Source: Squalus acanthias (Eukaryota). From it: DNA of 64,000 nucleotides. The stretch is from assembly GCA_030390025.1 (NCBI GenBank), contig JASTWF010000033.1, positions 1,118,001 to 1,182,000 of the forward strand. Direction: 5' to 3'. The notes beneath the pieces are model-generated. The model ran no database searches. It had not been told where the DNA came from and worked only from the letters and a program-made list of their open reading frames with translations. Shown here one piece after another: positions 61,032-64,000 of the stretch. Both the position numbers and the translations under genes were made by a program. Position 1 is the stretch's first letter, and every line of letters begins with the position of its first letter.

Positions 61032-61366
61032 AAAAAGATCCACATTTTTAACATGGATGTTGGAATTTATGAAGGTTACTCAAACACTGTTTCATTTAAC
61101 CTGCCTCAGATTAATAAACCGCTTTTAAATCCCCGCGCACTCGAGTCCACCGGGTATTAGACAGCATCAGAGGCAGCGCTCACCTGTCACTTACCGTCTC
61201 ACGCCCGCTTTCACCACCTGCTGCCGGCGGAATGCAGCAAATCCAATTACACGCACCGAGCCCCCACAATCATCACATCACAGGGAAATTGCTGTGCTGA
61301 GAAACAGCAAATGTAACAGGAGTTTGTTACATTGAACCACAAATGCGAATTGTACATGTTTCAAAA

Positions 61367-61439
61367 TGTTTCCGCCCCGTTTCGAACGGGGGACTTTTCG
61401 CGTGTTAGGCACACGTGATAACCGCTACACTACGGAAAC
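61367..61439 (-). tRNA. trnav-aac: tRNA-Val(AAC), near-intact or young pseudogene
   Basis: GTTTCCGTAGTGTAGCGGTTATCACGTGTGCCTAACACGCGAAAAGTCCCCCGTTCGAAACGGGGCGGAAACA; acceptor and T stems pair, anticodon stem mismatch. Confidence 0.75.
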
Positions 61440-61639
61440 GCTGCGCTGAAAGGACGCCTTCTGCGCCGGATCCATGATTCTGTAAAAAAGTTATTAAAGT
61501 TTGACTGTCACCCGGCAAGCATGTCAGCATTTCCTTCAGTGTGCAACAAAACTGTTTGTGGGTTGATTAAAACAATTATTAAGTGTCTCACAGACTTCAA
61601 TTGTCTTTGTCAGAACTGAATTCCCTGACTGCGAATCAA

Positions 61640-62240
61640 ACCTGATTGATTCCTATGATGATGGGCTTGTCCAATGAGGAGAGATTGAGTAGAGTGTGCC
61701 GATATTCTCTGGAGTTCAGAAGAACGAGAGGTGTTCTCATTGAAAGGAACAATTTTCTTGGAGGGCTTGAAAGGGTAGATGCTGAGAGGGTGTTTCCCCT
61801 GGCTGGAGAGTCTAGAACTAGGGGGCAGAGTCTCAGGATAAGGGGCCGTCCATTTGAACTGAGATGAGGAGACATTTCTTCACTCAGAGGGTTGTGAATT
61901 TTTGGAGTTCTCAACCTCAGAGGGCAATGGATGCTCAGTCATTGAGTATATTCAGGGATTTGGGTTTCCTTTTACACGAAATACAGAAGTTAACGTGTAT
62001 GTACAGCAAACAGTTAGGAAGGCGTTTGGCATGTTCGCCTTTATTGCAAGGGGGTTGGAGTACAAGAGTAGAGAAGTCTTCCTGCAATTGTTTGGGGCTT
62101 TTAGACTTTAAGAGAATCAAGGGATATGGGGATTGGGCGGGAAAGTGCAGTTGAGGTGGAAGGTCAGCTATGATCTTATTGAATGGCGGAGCAGGCTCGA
62201 AGGGCCGAATGTGCTACTCCTGCTCCTACTTCTTATGTTC
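61640..62240 (+). mobile_element. CR1 LINE 3' fragments
   Basis: GLSNEERL..YSLEFRR..RVFPLAGESRTRG, FFTQRVVN, CR1 tail. Confidence 0.85.
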
Positions 62241-62242
62241 TT

Positions 62243-64000
62243 ATCTCCTCTGGAGATCTTCCCACCATTGGCCGCCAATCTCATAATTCCCCAACCCCAC
62301 ACAGCCCGCTTCTACGTCCTTCCCAAAATCCACAAAGAGGACTGCCCTGGTAGACCCATCGTTTCAGCCTGTTCTTGCCCCACGGAACTTATCTCTTCCT
62401 ATCTCGACTCGATTTCTTCTCCCCTTGTCCAGTCTGTTCCCACCTACATCCGCGACTCTTCCAACGCCCTCCGCCACTTTTAACACCAGTTTCCAGTTTC
62501 CTGGCCCAACCGCCTCCTTTTCACTATGGACGTACAATCCCTCTACACCTCCATCCCCCACCAGGATGGCCTAAGGGCGCTCCGCTTCTTCCTTGAACAG
62601 AGGCCCAACAATTTCCTATCCACCAGCACCCTCCCCCGCCTGGCTGAACTTGTTCTCACATTGAACAATTTCTCCTTTGACTCCACTCACTTCCTCCAAA
62701 TTAAAGGTGTTGCTATGGGAACCCGTATGGGTCCTAGCTGTGCCTGCCTTTTCGTGGGATATGTGGAACACTCTTTGTTCCAGTCCTACTCGGGTCCCCT
62801 CCCTCACCTCTTTTTCCAGTATATTGATGACTGCATTGGTGCTGTTTCCTGCTCTCGCCCTGAACTAGTTAATTTCATTCACTTTGCTTCCAATTTCCAC
62901 CCTTCCCTCACCTTCACATGGTCCATCTCCGACTCTTCCCTTCCCTTCCTCGACTTCTCCGTCTCCATCTCTGGGGATAGGTTATTGACAGACATTCACT
63001 ACAAGCCCACTGACTCTCACAGCTACCTGGACTACAGTTCCTCTCAGCCCGCCTCCTGTAAGGACTATATACCATTCTCCCAGTTTCTCTGCCTCTGCTG
63101 CAACTGCTCTGACGATGCCACCATTCATACCAGTGCTTCCGACATGTCTTCCTTTTTACTCAAGCGAGGATTCCCCTTCAATGTGGTTGACACTGCCCTT
63201 GACCGTGTCTGTTCTCTCTCCCGCAATTCTGCACTCACCCCATGCCCCTCCCTCCCGAAACCACGATAGAGTTCCCCTTGTCATCACTTTTCACCCTACC
63301 AGCCTGCATTTTCAACGGATCATTGTCTACGATTTCCGCCACCTCCAGCGTGATACCTCCACCAAACACATCTTCCCCTCACCTCCCCTTTCAGCATTCC
63401 GAAGGGACCGCTCCCTCCGCTACAACCTGGTCCACTCCTCTATCACCCTCAACACCCCTTCCTCTTCACCCGGCACCTTCCCGTGCAAGCGCAGGAGATG
63501 CAACACATGCCCTTATACCTTCCCCCTGTCCAAGGCCCGAAACTCCCCTTCCATGTGAAACAGCGATTTACTTGTACTTCTTGCAAGTTAGTACACTGTA
63601 TTCGCTACTCACGATGTGGTCGCCTCTGCAGTGGGGAGACCAAACGCAGATTGGGTGACCGCTTTGCGGAACACCTCCGTTCAGTCCGTAAGGGGGACCT
63701 CGAGCTTCCGGTCGCCTGTCACTTTAATTCTCCGCTCCACTCCCACTCAGACCTCACCGTCCTCGGCCTCTTGCATTGTTCCACTGAAGCTCAGCTTAAG
63801 CTCGAGGAACAGCACCTCATCTTTTGATTAGGCACTTTACAGCCTTCTGGACACAACATAGAGTTCAACAATTTCAGATCATAACCTCGGCCCCGATCAT
63901 ATATATTTTTTGTCCACACCTATTGTTTGTGTCTTCTTTTCTTCTCTCCCACATGGCAGCTGTCTTTCATTCTGCCAGTTGAATTTACACTTCATCTACA
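62243..64000 (+). mobile_element. Penelope-like element (RT + GIY-YIG, frameshifted), same family as 16149-17800, runs off the window
   Basis: FYVLPKIHK..GRPIVS, MDVQSLYTSI, GVAMGTRMGP, YIDD, LPFLD, GETKRRLGDRFAEH; pLTR start tggcagctgtctttcattctgccag near 63954. Confidence 0.93.

Overview
Repeat-rich vertebrate genomic DNA, most likely a cartilaginous fish. This assignment is inferred from the CR1 and Penelope repeat types and a two-exon GPR139-like GPCR. No prokaryotic features and no intact host protein-coding gene were found. The backbone is a decaying tRNA gene cluster: more than 20 Val, Gln, Lys, Phe, Trp, Leu and Pro genes, mostly pseudogenes, multiplied by direct and inverted segmental duplications. 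A GPR139-like pseudogene (exon 1 at 14854, exon 2 at 20705-26179) is interrupted by a near-intact 4.57-kb PIF/Harbinger transposon carrying a HARBI1-type transposase and an intact 3-exon Myb/SANT gene; three MITEs sharing its ends lie elsewhere in the window, with AWT target duplications. A young Tx1-clade LINE (40945-47893) has an open 1262-aa ORF2 and a highly structured 5' UTR but no 3' UTR or tail. It sits inside a palindromic, hammerhead-ribozyme-bearing Penelope mini-element, and the whole composite is bounded by an 11-bp TSD. Also present: Penelope elements with minimal hammerhead motifs (one inside a GATA microsatellite), a triple-nested CR1 stack, and two paralogous tRNA-Pro(CGG) relics with an insert at the canonical 37/38 intron position. 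All calls were made by eye; boundaries of old repeats are approximate.
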